64,000 nucleotides of DNA from Dehalococcoidia bacterium. Lineage in GTDB: Bacteria; Chloroflexota; Dehalococcoidia; Lucifugimonadales; UBA3495. The notes under the pieces were generated by a model, which did not search any database, was not told where the DNA came from, and was given only the letters and a program-made list of their open reading frames with translations. The stretch covers positions 2,034,802-2,098,801 of the forward strand of contig CBDHFS010000002.1 of NCBI GenBank assembly GCA_965262735.1. The letters are read 5' to 3'. A program made the position numbers and the translations under genes. This document shows positions 27,721 through 38,417 of this stretch, piece by piece (within the stretch, counting starts at the first letter, position 1; each line of letters opens with the position of its first letter).

Positions 27721-27891
27721 TTAGCCGGACATCCGCACGACTAGCCGGAACCGCTCGTAATCGGCGAGTTCCCGGGCCACGCGCTCCTGGTCGCTCATTC
27801 CGGGACCGGAGAACAGGTTATAGACGTGGACAATCTGGTGGCCCAACTTGGGCAGGATTCCCTTTTCTAGGATATGCGCTGGCGTAGTCAA
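27721..27891 (-). CDS. candidate small ORF (56 aa, TTG start) downstream of a consensus promoter
   Basis: TTPAHILEKGILPKLGHQIVHVYNLFSGPGMSDQERVARELADYERFRLVVRMSG. Below the track cutoff. No family recognised. An internal ATG would give only 25 aa. Confidence 0.3.
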   Translation of the reverse strand: MTTPAHILEKGILPKLGHQIVHVYNLFSGPGMSDQERVARELADYERFRLVVRMSG

Positions 27892-28004
27892 AGTTGGTTT
27901 CTGTGAACCCCCTTGAGATTTTTTTGCGATGCTGTCCCTGGGTCAGGCGCTGCCGGAATGTACGTCTACACCCGGATATGCCGATACTTCCAAGGGTTTA
28001 ACAT

Positions 28005-28033
28005 CACTAAGAATAATATACACCCGCCTCTAT
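28005..28033 (-). promoter_or_regulatory. near-consensus sigma70-type promoter on the minus strand
   Basis: Minus strand reads TTGACA-17 nt-TATATT, inside a ~200-bp AT-rich island (27890-28090) in an otherwise GC-rich window. Confidence 0.55.
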
Positions 28034-28366
28034 ATCGTGTCAAGCGATATTAACTGATGCTTAATATATTTGACGTAAATATAATGGGGGCTTGACCGGC
28101 TTGCAAACGCGGATGCAGGGAAGCCCTTCGAAGGGCCCACGAAGAACGGGGTCAACGAAGAAGACATTCGGGGCAGGGTCTTTTAATTGTTCCCGCAATT
28201 CCTCCGGCAAGCTCAGTGCTGCATTGTCGGACTACCCCAATCCAGGGGGTTTGGGGGATGAATCCCCCAACGTAGCCCCCGTCCCAGAAAATTAAAAGAC
28301 CCTGACATTCTGGGGGGTCGGAGCTTACCCTCTTGGATGCGGGGAATGAAGGAGTTCGAGGGGCGG

Positions 28367-29761
28367 TTACAGGCCGAGCTTGCCGGGGTTCATAATGTTG
28401 GCCGGGTCGAGGGTCTGCTTGAGGGAGCGGATGACGTCCTGGGCCGGGCCGCGTTCCCGGGCCAGCAGGTGGTTCAGCTTGACGCCCGTGCCGTGGCAGT
28501 ATTCCACGATGCCGCCCATGTCTTGGGCCAGCGTGAGCACTCGTTCCACGCCCTGGCCCAACTGGTCCCGATTGTGGGCAACTCTGCCCGGAGCGGGGAC
28601 AACCATCATCGAGAACAGCTCAGGCCGGCTCCAGATGGCGTACTCCACCACGCGCGCGCCGTGTTCTGCGAGAATTTCCTGGCTGCGACGGCGGTACTCC
28701 AGGACCTGGGAAATGGGCAGGGCCAGGTGCAAGTAGTCGAAGCTGCGCCTTTGCCGCCGGTTCCACCGCACTTCCCGGGGCTTGTCCAGCGCGGTGCGCT
28801 TGTAGTTCTCCGCCGACTCGTGGCGGTATTCCCAGTAATCCAGCGTGGCATCGGGGCCAATGTCCCGCCCGCCAAAATCGGCGCAGACCTGCATCGCCCG
28901 GCTATGCTGGGCGGCCACCCCTTCGCGGAACCCCTCAAAGAGCAGGAAGAGGCGCACGTGCCGGTCTTCCTCGGTCAAGTCCAGCAGGGTGGGGCGGATG
29001 CCCAGGGCCAGCATTTCCCCAGCTGCGTCGAACCCTTGCTCGAAGTTGTCGAAAGCGGCGGTGGCGAACACCTGCGCCTCCGGCAGGCGAAACACCTTGA
29101 CGGTGGCCCTGGTGATGATGCCGAACACGCCCTCGGAGCCGATGAACAAATGGTTGAGGTTGGGGCCGGTGGAGTTCTTGGGCACCGCCCGGGTGGATAT
29201 GACCTGTCCGGTGGGCAACACGACTTCCAGCGCCACCACCTGCTCGCCCATTGGCCCAAAGGCGGCGGCCCGGTAGCCAACGCCGTTGGTGGAAATCGTA
29301 CCGCCCACGGTGGCGATGGGTACGCTGTAAGGGTCGTGGCCCGGCATCAGGCCGTGTTCGGCCACGGCGTCGTAGAGGTCTTCCAGCACCACGCCCGCCT
29401 CGACGGTGGCGGTGAGGTCCTGGGGGCTAATGGAGAGGATGCGGTTGAGCCGCTTCACGTCGACGACGATGCCGCCCTGCACGGGCAGGACGCCGCCCAT
29501 GACGCCAGTGCCGCCGCCGTAAGGGACAATGGGAACGCCCCATTGGTTGGCCAGCGACACGACTCCGGCGACTTCCCCGGTGGAACCGGGACGGACCACC
29601 ACGTCGGCGGTCTTCTCGAAGGCCGCTTCCGCTTCCGCACCGAAGGCGCGCCACGGCGTCAGCGCATCGGCCGAGTAGAGGTCCAGGTCGAAGGGTTCGG
29701 CGGTGACGTTGCCGGCGCCGACCACGGCGGCCAGGGACTCAATGTGGGAAGGGTCAATCAT
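28367..29761 (-). CDS. FAD-binding oxidoreductase (GlcD / FAD-linked oxidase family)
   Basis: MIDPSHIESLAAVVGAGNV..., VVRPGSTGEVAGVVSLANQWGVPIVPYGGGTGVMGG, C-terminal NPGKLG. The longer track ORF would overlap cysS. Confidence 0.85.
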   Translation of the reverse strand: MIDPSHIESLAAVVGAGNVTAEPFDLDLYSADALTPWRAFGAEAEAAFEKTADVVVRPGSTGEVAGVVSLANQWGVPIVPYGGGTGVMGGVLPVQGGIVVDVKRLNRILSISPQDLTATVEAGVVLEDLYDAVAEHGLMPGHDPYSVPIATVGGTISTNGVGYRAAAFGPMGEQVVALEVVLPTGQVISTRAVPKNSTGPNLNHLFIGSEGVFGIITRATVKVFRLPEAQVFATAAFDNFEQGFDAAGEMLALGIRPTLLDLTEEDRHVRLFLLFEGFREGVAAQHSRAMQVCADFGGRDIGPDATLDYWEYRHESAENYKRTALDKPREVRWNRRQRRSFDYLHLALPISQVLEYRRRSQEILAEHGARVVEYAIWSRPELFSMMVVPAPGRVAHNRDQLGQGVERVLTLAQDMGGIVEYCHGTGVKLNHLLARERGPAQDVIRSLKQTLDPANIMNPGKLGL

Positions 29762-29879
29762 GGCCGTTACCGGAGCGTTCCGGGCCGGCACCTGGCCGTG
29801 GCGGGTGGGAATCCGAAAAGCGGCGGCAAGACTTGTCCTGCCGTGGTTGAGACGGAGCCGGGACGGCGCGCCGGCACGC

Positions 29880-31274
29880 CTACGCGCCCGATTGACGCTG
29901 CCACTCGGTGCCTCGGGGCGTGTCTTCCAGCACGATGCCCTGTCCGGCCAGGCCGTCGCGAATCTTGTCGGCCAGCTCAAACTGACGGTTCTTGCGCAGT
30001 TCGGCCCGGGTCTCCAGCAGCAGCTCGATGAAGGGTTGGGCCGAAAGCAGGTCTCCGCCCGTTGTATCCCGCTCCTTGAAGGTCAGCCCCAGCACACTGC
30101 CCAGCCGGGAGAGGCTTTCCTGGGCGGCCCGCACGTCCATTCCCGACTCATGGCTGCGGTTAATCTCCCGGGCCAAGTCGAACAGGGAAGCGACGGCCTG
30201 GGGGGTGTTCAGGTCGCTGTCCATCGCGGTGTGGAAGCGTTGGTCGAAGGGCGCGGCGTCCAGCGGTTCGCCGGTGTTGCTGTCGTTGCCGGTGTTGTTG
30301 TCGTTGCGCAGGGCGTGGCGGAACCGCTCCATGCTGCGCTCCATGGCGGCTGCGCCTTCTTCGGTGTAGTTCAGCGGGCTGCGGTAGTGGGAACTGAGGA
30401 AGTAAAGCCGCAGGGAGTCGGCGCTGAACCGCTCCAGGGCTTCCTCGGCGGATACCAGGTTGCCCAGGGACTTGCTCATCTTGTCGTCGCCGAACTGGAG
30501 CAGGCCGTTGTGTACCCAGTAGCGCGAGAAGGGTTGGCGCCCGGTGAACGCCTCGCTCTGGGCGATTTCGTTTTCGTGGTGGGGAAAGACCAGGTCCATT
30601 CCCCCGCCGTGAATGTCCAGCGGGTCGCCCAGGCGGTCCAGGGACATGGCGGTGCATTCAATGTGCCAGCCCGGACGGCCCGGCCCCCAGGGACTGTCCC
30701 AGGCGGGTTCCCCCTCCTTGGCCCCTTTCCACAGGGCAAAGTCCATGGGGTGTTCCTTGTCTTCGTCAATTTGGATGCGGGCGCCGGCAATCATGCCGTC
30801 CAGGGTGCGGTGGCTGAGCTTGCCGTAGTCCGAACTGCGGTCGACGCGGAAGTAGACGTCGCCGCCGGCCGGGTAGGCGTAATCCTGTTCGACCAGTCGG
30901 GCGATGGTCTTGATGATGCTTGGGATTTCCTGGGTGGCCCGGGGGTAGGCGTGGGCCCGCTGGATGTTCAGGGTGTCCATGGCGGCGAAGAAGTCTTCGA
31001 TGTACCGCTGGACCAGGACATCTTCGGAAATCCCCTCGTCCTGGGCGCGCTGGATTATTTTGTCGTCAATGTCTGTGAAGTTCTGGACGTGCTTCACCTG
31101 GTAGCCGACGTGCTCCAGGTAGCGGCGCAGGACGTCGAACACCACGTAGCTAAGGGCGTGGCCGACGTGGGTGGACGAATACGGAGTAACGCCGCAGACG
31201 TACATCTTGACGGTATTGCCGTCGGCGGGAACAAACTCTTCTTCCCGGCCGGTAAGCGTGTTGTAAAGTCTCAT
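29880..31274 (-). CDS. cysS: cysteine--tRNA ligase
   Basis: MRLYNTLTGREEEF, HVGHA (HIGH) and KMSKSLGN motifs. Confidence 0.95.
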   Translation of the reverse strand: MRLYNTLTGREEEFVPADGNTVKMYVCGVTPYSSTHVGHALSYVVFDVLRRYLEHVGYQVKHVQNFTDIDDKIIQRAQDEGISEDVLVQRYIEDFFAAMDTLNIQRAHAYPRATQEIPSIIKTIARLVEQDYAYPAGGDVYFRVDRSSDYGKLSHRTLDGMIAGARIQIDEDKEHPMDFALWKGAKEGEPAWDSPWGPGRPGWHIECTAMSLDRLGDPLDIHGGGMDLVFPHHENEIAQSEAFTGRQPFSRYWVHNGLLQFGDDKMSKSLGNLVSAEEALERFSADSLRLYFLSSHYRSPLNYTEEGAAAMERSMERFRHALRNDNNTGNDSNTGEPLDAAPFDQRFHTAMDSDLNTPQAVASLFDLAREINRSHESGMDVRAAQESLSRLGSVLGLTFKERDTTGGDLLSAQPFIELLLETRAELRKNRQFELADKIRDGLAGQGIVLEDTPRGTEWQRQSGA

Positions 31275-31349
31275 GCTAGTTTGACGGCCTGAGGGAATAC
31301 GGTCGCTGGATACGGTCGTTTGGGATGGCGGCCCGGCCCGCCGCTCCGG

Positions 31350-31847
31350 TCAACCCTGGGCATGGCGCGCCAGAGATGCGACGGCGCAGGCGGCGATGCC
31401 TTCTTCCCGGCCGGTAAACCCCATGTAGTCGGTGGTGGTCACCTTGACGCTGACCTGTTCCGCCGTTACGGAAAGCGCGGCGCCCAGATTGTCCCTCATC
31501 GTGGAAACGTAGGGTCCCAGCCTGGGATTTTGCGCCAGTATTGTAGCATCAACGTTCAGGATGCGCCAACCGGCATTGTTCACCAGGTCCTTGACCTTGC
31601 TCAGCAGTATCAAGCTGGATATGTCTTTGTACTGGGGGTCGCTGGACGGAAAATGCGTCCCTTTGTCGCCGAGGTTGGCCGCTCCCAGCAGGGCATCCAT
31701 CGCGGCATGGGTCAAAACGTCGCCGTCGCTGTGTCCGGCCAACCCCCGGTCGTGGGGCACGTCCACACCGCCCAGGACCAGCCTGCGGCGCGCCGCCAAA
31801 CCGTGGGCGTCGAAACCCAAGCCTACGCGAAAATCAATAGAACTCAT
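31350..31847 (-). CDS. ispF: 2-C-methyl-D-erythritol 2,4-cyclodiphosphate synthase
   Basis: RVGLGFDAHGL...LGGV.VPHDRGLAGHSDGDVLTHA, typical IspF. Confidence 0.95.
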   Translation of the reverse strand: MSSIDFRVGLGFDAHGLAARRRLVLGGVDVPHDRGLAGHSDGDVLTHAAMDALLGAANLGDKGTHFPSSDPQYKDISSLILLSKVKDLVNNAGWRILNVDATILAQNPRLGPYVSTMRDNLGAALSVTAEQVSVKVTTTDYMGFTGREEGIAACAVASLARHAQG

Positions 31848-32108
31848 TCCGGAGGACTCATGCCGGCAATTGTATCAGAAAGAGACGGCGCCCTGTCCGC
31901 GCAAACATCGAACGGGGCGCCGGTTGGTCTCCCCGATTGGTGTCTCCCTGATTGGTTTCCATTGAAGTCCCTGTGAAGTCCCTGGACGAACACACCCAAC
32001 AGGCTGAGCAGCCAACTCAGTCAGTAGGCAAGTGCTTCGGGAGCCTCAAGAGGAACGAGTTTTGATTGACAGTCCCGCCGGCTCCTGGGGCCGTTGCCGG
32101 GACTTGTG

Positions 32109-32528
32109 CTAGGTGACGATGGCGCTGCCCTGGCCGACCGCGGTCATGGCGCCGTCCTGGTTCTGGCAGGTGATGTCCACGGTGACCATCGTGCCGTTAT
32201 CCACATCCTGGCTGCTGTTGTAGGAGCCGTTGATGGTAACGGTATCGCCTTCCTTGACCGGCCGCAGGAACTTGAGGTTGACCACGCCGCTGTGGTGGAA
32301 AGCCTCGGCTCCGAAGTACCGGCGGAGCAGCTCGGAGGCGAAGGCCACGGACATACGGCCCGAGGCGATGGGGTAGGTGGTCCCCAACCGCTGCTTGGCC
32401 AGCTCCGGGCTGTTGTGGATGTTTTCCCGGTCCCGGATGCCGCAGGACTCGAACTGGTTAATTTTGACCTGGGTAATGCTCTTGGTCAGCGCGGGGATGG
32501 TCTTTTCCTCTAGCCCTGTGGATGCCAT
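32109..32528 (-). CDS. MaoC-like (R)-hydratase hotdog-fold protein
   Basis: 139 aa. NPLHxD-like region and a hotdog C-terminus. Overlaps the upstream partner by 19 nt (translational coupling). Confidence 0.7.
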   Translation of the reverse strand: MASTGLEEKTIPALTKSITQVKINQFESCGIRDRENIHNSPELAKQRLGTTYPIASGRMSVAFASELLRRYFGAEAFHHSGVVNLKFLRPVKEGDTVTINGSYNSSQDVDNGTMVTVDITCQNQDGAMTAVGQGSAIVT

Positions 32529-32935
32529 TTCTTTCCCACCTCGTCCGGTTTTTTCATCTGGTAAGTCCGCATCTTTTCGATCAACCGGCCATCTTCATCG
32601 GTGGCGGTGGCCTCGATGACCAGGTACGGCTTGTCGCGACGGGAATACTTGTCGTGAATGCGTCCGGTCACTCGTATAATCTTGCCGGGAATGGGCGGAT
32701 TGTAGAACTCCATTTCATTGCCGGCATTGACTCCGCCGGTGTTGTCCTCGTAGGCCATTCCCAAGGCGGTGGCGTCGTGCTTGACCGCAATGGTGGGGAA
32801 CACGCCCTCGGGATCGTCCACTGACTTGCGGTACTCGTCGACCATTTCCTGGGTGAGGACGTACTCGTAAGCCCCCAACTCCTCGCCAATTTCGAGGTTG
32901 TTGTAGACCAATTCCGGCAGCTGCTGTTGCGCCAT
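32510..32935 (-). CDS. MaoC/FAS1-like dehydratase N-terminal hotdog-fold protein
   Basis: 141 aa, paired with 32109-32528 like two-subunit hotdog hydratases. Confidence 0.65.
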   Translation of the reverse strand: MAQQQLPELVYNNLEIGEELGAYEYVLTQEMVDEYRKSVDDPEGVFPTIAVKHDATALGMAYEDNTGGVNAGNEMEFYNPPIPGKIIRVTGRIHDKYSRRDKPYLVIEATATDEDGRLIEKMRTYQMKKPDEVGKKWHPQG

Positions 32936-33041
32936 TTGTCCAACTCCTTTCGGGGAAAGCCCTGGCGGGCAAACGGCCCCGCCTGTTGGAATTTCATCCC
33001 TACATTACTGTAATTCCCAGGGCAAGTCAACGCGGTTTTAG

Positions 33042-33161
33042 GTAACAGTTCAGACTTGGTGAGATGAATTGGTTTCAGCCAACTGCCACTTTTTTCAGGG
33101 GGTTTGGGGCAGGAGGTTTGGGGGATTCATCCCCCGACGTAATCCAACCCCCATATTCCGC
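33042..33161 (+). mobile_element. MITE copy B, 3-prime truncated
   Basis: gtaacagttcagacttggtgagatgaattgg...ccatattccgc, then diverges into tcggtggatcggggc, which resembles the IS1380-like right end. Confidence 0.75.
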
Positions 33162-33535
33162 TCTTCGGTGGATCGGGGCTAAGTCGGGCACAATTGCTAA
33201 CTCCCTCCCGTTACGTTGGCGGCTCCCATACGCAGCCGGCTCCTACCATGTCCAGCGCGGGGGCCGCACGATTAGCACCAGATTCCAGATGGACAGCGCC
33301 AGCAGTACCAGAGCCGTCGGAGCGTAGAGGTGCCCCACTCCCGCCACTGACAGGCAGACTCGGACCAACAGCAGGATGTGGGCCACTGCGAACGCCAGGG
33401 CGGCTATGCCCCAAACCAGGGAACGGCCACGATGAAAGCTCCATGCGATACTGAAGCCGGCCGCCGCCCCGGGAACCCCAATGAGGGCGTACAGGACCAA
33501 ACTGCCCCACTCCACGCCGGGGTCGTCGTACCCAA

Positions 33536-35238
33536 GCCCGAATCCACCGAAGGAGGGCGTCGGGTCAGCGTCCTGAAGTGGCCAAAGGGTGCTCCTCTGA
33601 ATCTGGGATAATGGTTTTGTAACAGCAAACCGGTCCCAGAAAAGGAGCACCCAATAGATGCTACCACGCCGCCACCCCGACCGCATCCGTATCGCCTTCG
33701 ACCAACGCTGGGCTGCTCCTTCCGGCCACCCTGGCCCGGCGCCTGGGCCTGCCCCGAACTGGTACAGGAGCACCTGGACTTGGGCGAAGCGCCGGGCCGG
33801 GCCAACACCGGAGACAAGATCATGACGCTGGTGTCCTCCGCTCTGGCGGGCGGCGACTGCATCGACGACGCCGATGTGTTGCGCACTGGCAGGACGGCCT
33901 GCGCTCTCGGCTGCGTAGTCAAGGCGCCCTCCACCCTGGGCACTTTCCTGCGCAGCTTCAGGTGGGGCCACGTCCGTCAGTTGGACCGGGTGAGCCGCGA
34001 GCTGCTGGCCCGGGCCTGGCAGGCGGGGGCCGGACCCGGCGACGCGCCATTCACCATCGACCTTGATTCGACGATCTGCGAGACTTACGGACTGGCCAAG
34101 GAGGGCGCCCGCCACCACGGCTATACCGGTGCACGGGGCTATCACCCACTGCTGGCCGTCGCCGCCGGAACCGGCGACGTGCTGATGGCCCGGCTGCGCG
34201 AGGGCCGGTCCAACACCGCCCGGGGCGCCGCCCACTTCCTGCGTGAGACGGTGAGCCGGGTTCGCTGCGGCGGGGCCAGCGGGCAGCTCACCATGCGTGC
34301 CGACAGCGGCTTCTATACCCACGCCGTGGCCGCCGTCTGCCGCCGGATGGACGTCCGCTTCTCCATCACCATCCGCCAGCACAAAAGCCTGCACAATCTC
34401 ATCGAGGCGATACCCGAAGATGCCTGGACGCCGATTCCTTACTGGATGGACGGCGCCGCCGATGTGGCCGAAACCACCTACACCCCCTTCCAGAGCGAGC
34501 CGGATGCCGCGCCGGTGCGGCTCATCGTCCGGCGGGTGAAGCCGGCGCCCGGTTCTCAACTGGCTCTCTTCGCCACCTACAGCTATCACGGCTTCATCAC
34601 CGACCGGGACGGAGAGACCCTGGAACTGGAGGCCGACCACCGCCGCCACGCCGAGATCGAGAATGCGATACGCGACCTCAAGTACGGCGTGGGGCTGAAC
34701 CATCTCCCCTCGGGCCGCTTCGCTGCCAACGGCGCCTGGCTGGCGGTACAGGTGATGGCCCACAACCTGGCCCGCTGGACCGCCCGCATCGGCCTCGGTG
34801 AGCGGACCGTGACCACCAAGACCCTCCGGCGGCGGTTCTTCGCCCTGGCCGGACGGCTCACCCGCTCGGCACGCCGGATCACCCTGCATCTTCCCAAGCG
34901 CTGGCCCTGGGAGGAGCAGTTCAGCCGCGCCCTGGCCCGACTGCGAGCCATTCCACTCCCAGCCTGACGGCGCCCGTCCGCCACTGACCCGCCAGCCAAC
35001 CCAACGTCCCCGCAAACTCGCGCCAGCCCAGTCCGCGAGCGCCTCTTGCCGTGTCCTATCCCGCCATCTCGCTCGCCACAGCCACTGCAGGCCGACATCG
35101 GCGCCCCCCAAAGCGCCTGCAGACCGCCGCCAACCTCCCATCTACCCGAATTCGAGCCCGGATTATCGCGCCTGTAACTCCCTCACCCCCTTCCGCTGTC
35201 CTCACGCCGTCCATCCCTGTCCATCGGTGGATTCGGGC
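33536..35238 (+). mobile_element. IS1380 family-like insertion sequence
   Basis: 15-bp terminal inverted repeats gcccgaatccaccga (33536-33550) / tcggtggattcgggc (35224-35238). Flanked by CAA on both sides. 1.7 kb. Confidence 0.8.
33658..34967 (+). pseudogene. IS1380 family (DDE) transposase with two N-terminal frameshifts
   Basis: ATG at 33658 with an AAAGGAG RBS. MLPRRHPDRIRIAFDQ (frame 1), AGLLLPATLARRLGLP (frame 2), ELVQEHLDLG...DKIMTLVSSALAGGDCIDDADVLR... (frame 3, to 34967). Confidence 0.75.
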
Positions 35239-35350
35239 CAAACGGAACCAGAAGGAAAACTCCCCCAACCCCCAGGGCAACCACGCCCGCCACGAGCGAA
35301 GCTACAAGCAGGCAGTTGACCCTCATATTTCGCTGGTCCGGGGCATAAAA

Positions 35351-35626
35351 CTAGGGCAAGGGATACCTGTTGGCATAGCAGGCCCAGTCCAACGGCCCAG
35401 GGGAGTCCCCGCCGTGGCTGCACTCGTAACCCCAGTTTCCGGGCCAAGCCTCGAACTTGCTACGCTGCCAGTTTTCAGAGCCGGGAATGACGAAATTGTC
35501 AAACTCCCCTCTGGTCTGGCTATCGACCGAGCTGGACCCGTGTGGCCACCACGTATAGGTACACTCTTCGGTATGCCACCCATCAGGAAAGACCCTGCAC
35601 CGATTGTGTCTATGGGAATTACATAC
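35351..35626 (-). pseudogene. Cys/Trp-rich ORF fragment lacking any start codon
   Basis: Open frame VCNSHRHNRCRVFPDGWHTEECTYTWWPHGSSSVDSQTRGEFDNFVIPGSENWQRSKFEAWPGNWGYECSHGGDSPGPLDWACYANRYPLP. A stop lies directly upstream and there is no ATG/GTG. It abuts the low-GC segment. Confidence 0.35.
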
Positions 35627-35724
35627 CTAAAGTAAACAGGGCGTCAATGGTATACTTTTGCTGTACAACAAAAGTAGGTGAGCAGTACAAGCATCACCAT
35701 TTTTGAATCTGAAGGAATAACAAG

Positions 35725-36075
35725 ATGGGAACGTTCAGCGTATCCGTGGGCATTGGTCAACCCAATGGAAATAACCTGCTGGAAGTTTATGCACTGGTTG
35801 ATACTGGTGCTACTCATTCGATGATTGCTAAGTCTATGTTGGACGAGTTGGGCATTAAGCCTTATGGCGAACGGCCAGTTGGGTTCGCGAATGGTCAAAG
35901 GGAAAGGCGGTCCATAGGCAAGATGCGGGTTGTCTATGGTAGGGAGGAATGGGAGTGTCCGGTCTTCTTTGGCCCAGAGGGTAGATACCTCATGGGTGCG
36001 ACCACATTGGAACTCTTCGGACTGATGGTTGACCCTAACGGGCAGAGATTGATTCCTTTTGAATGTGTTTCTTAG
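35725..36075 (+). CDS. retropepsin-like (clan AA) aspartic protease
   Basis: 116 aa with ALVDTGATHSMI (DTGA active-site motif). Lies in a locally lower-GC segment. Confidence 0.65.
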   Translation: MGTFSVSVGIGQPNGNNLLEVYALVDTGATHSMIAKSMLDELGIKPYGERPVGFANGQRERRSIGKMRVVYGREEWECPVFFGPEGRYLMGATTLELFGLMVDPNGQRLIPFECVS

Positions 36076-36113
36076 GCCGTATGTTTAACCATTCCGGGAA
36101 TCAGATTTGTCCT

Positions 36114-36196
36114 TGGCGGATCGGGCGGGGTTTGAACCCGCGTGGACTTTCGCCCCACCCGATTCTCACGCAGAATTAGCCCGGTTGCCCCCACCC
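36114..36196 (-). ncRNA. non-canonical tRNA-like element (T-arm + acceptor strand + encoded GCCA), 15 nt after the gyrB stop
   Basis: Minus strand ...GUCCAC GCGGG UUCAAAC CCCGC CCGAUCC G CCA. Two alternative 5-prime acceptor strands (GGGUGGG with G3:U70, or GAAUCGG). A GAAA-capped hairpin sits in place of the variable arm. No D-arm or canonical anticodon loop by eye. Confidence 0.4.
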
Positions 36197-36211
36197 TTCT
36201 AAAACGTCGAG

Positions 36212-38161
<1,950 letters not shown>

Positions 38162-38205
38162 TCATTTAATCCTCGGACAAAATTGATTGTCCTTAGCCGC
38201 TGGGC

Positions 38206-38238
38206 AAACAAAAAGAGGGCGGCGCGCCGCCCTCTTTT
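38206..38238 (-). terminator. rho-independent terminator after the Nudix gene
   Basis: Palindrome aaaagagggcggcgcgccgccctctttt followed on the minus strand by tttttgtttg. Confidence 0.7.
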
Positions 38239-38417
38239 AGCCCTAACATAACATGATGTCATTATACCAAATTTCGCCGCATAACGCCCGGCTTTTCCCG
38301 CTGGGATTCGGTTGATATACGCACGAAATGTAGGCGAGGAAGCGGGCAATGGCCGACCCAATTTGGGATGAAGGAGGGGGCCGTGCCTGCCGCAAGGCTG
38401 TGGAACCGGGCTGCTGG

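Larger units (their letters stand above)
33243..35326 (-). pseudogene. small four-helix membrane protein gene split by the IS1380-like element
   Basis: N-terminal 29 codons (35326-35239, MRVNCLLVASLVAGVVALGVGGVFLLVPF) and C-terminal 97 codons (33535-33243). Removing 33536-35238 plus one CAA restores one 125-codon ORF in frame. Confidence 0.75.

Noticed and set aside
28337-31292. Long plus-strand ORFs 28337-30031 and 29703-31292
   Set aside because: Antisense to the FAD-linked oxidase and cysS genes. Low-complexity, no motifs.
33243-35141. 632-aa ORF on the minus strand
   Set aside because: Only its last ~97 codons (33535-33243) are genuine, as the C-terminus of the IS-disrupted membrane protein. 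The remainder is antisense read-through of the IS1380-like transposase.
35051-35635. 194-aa plus-strand ORF spanning the IS end and flanking DNA
   Set aside because: It crosses the IS1380-like right inverted repeat and the start of the split membrane gene, and its translation is Pro/Ala/Arg-rich. The opposite-strand frames give the coherent membrane-protein N-terminus and the Cys/Trp-rich fragment.
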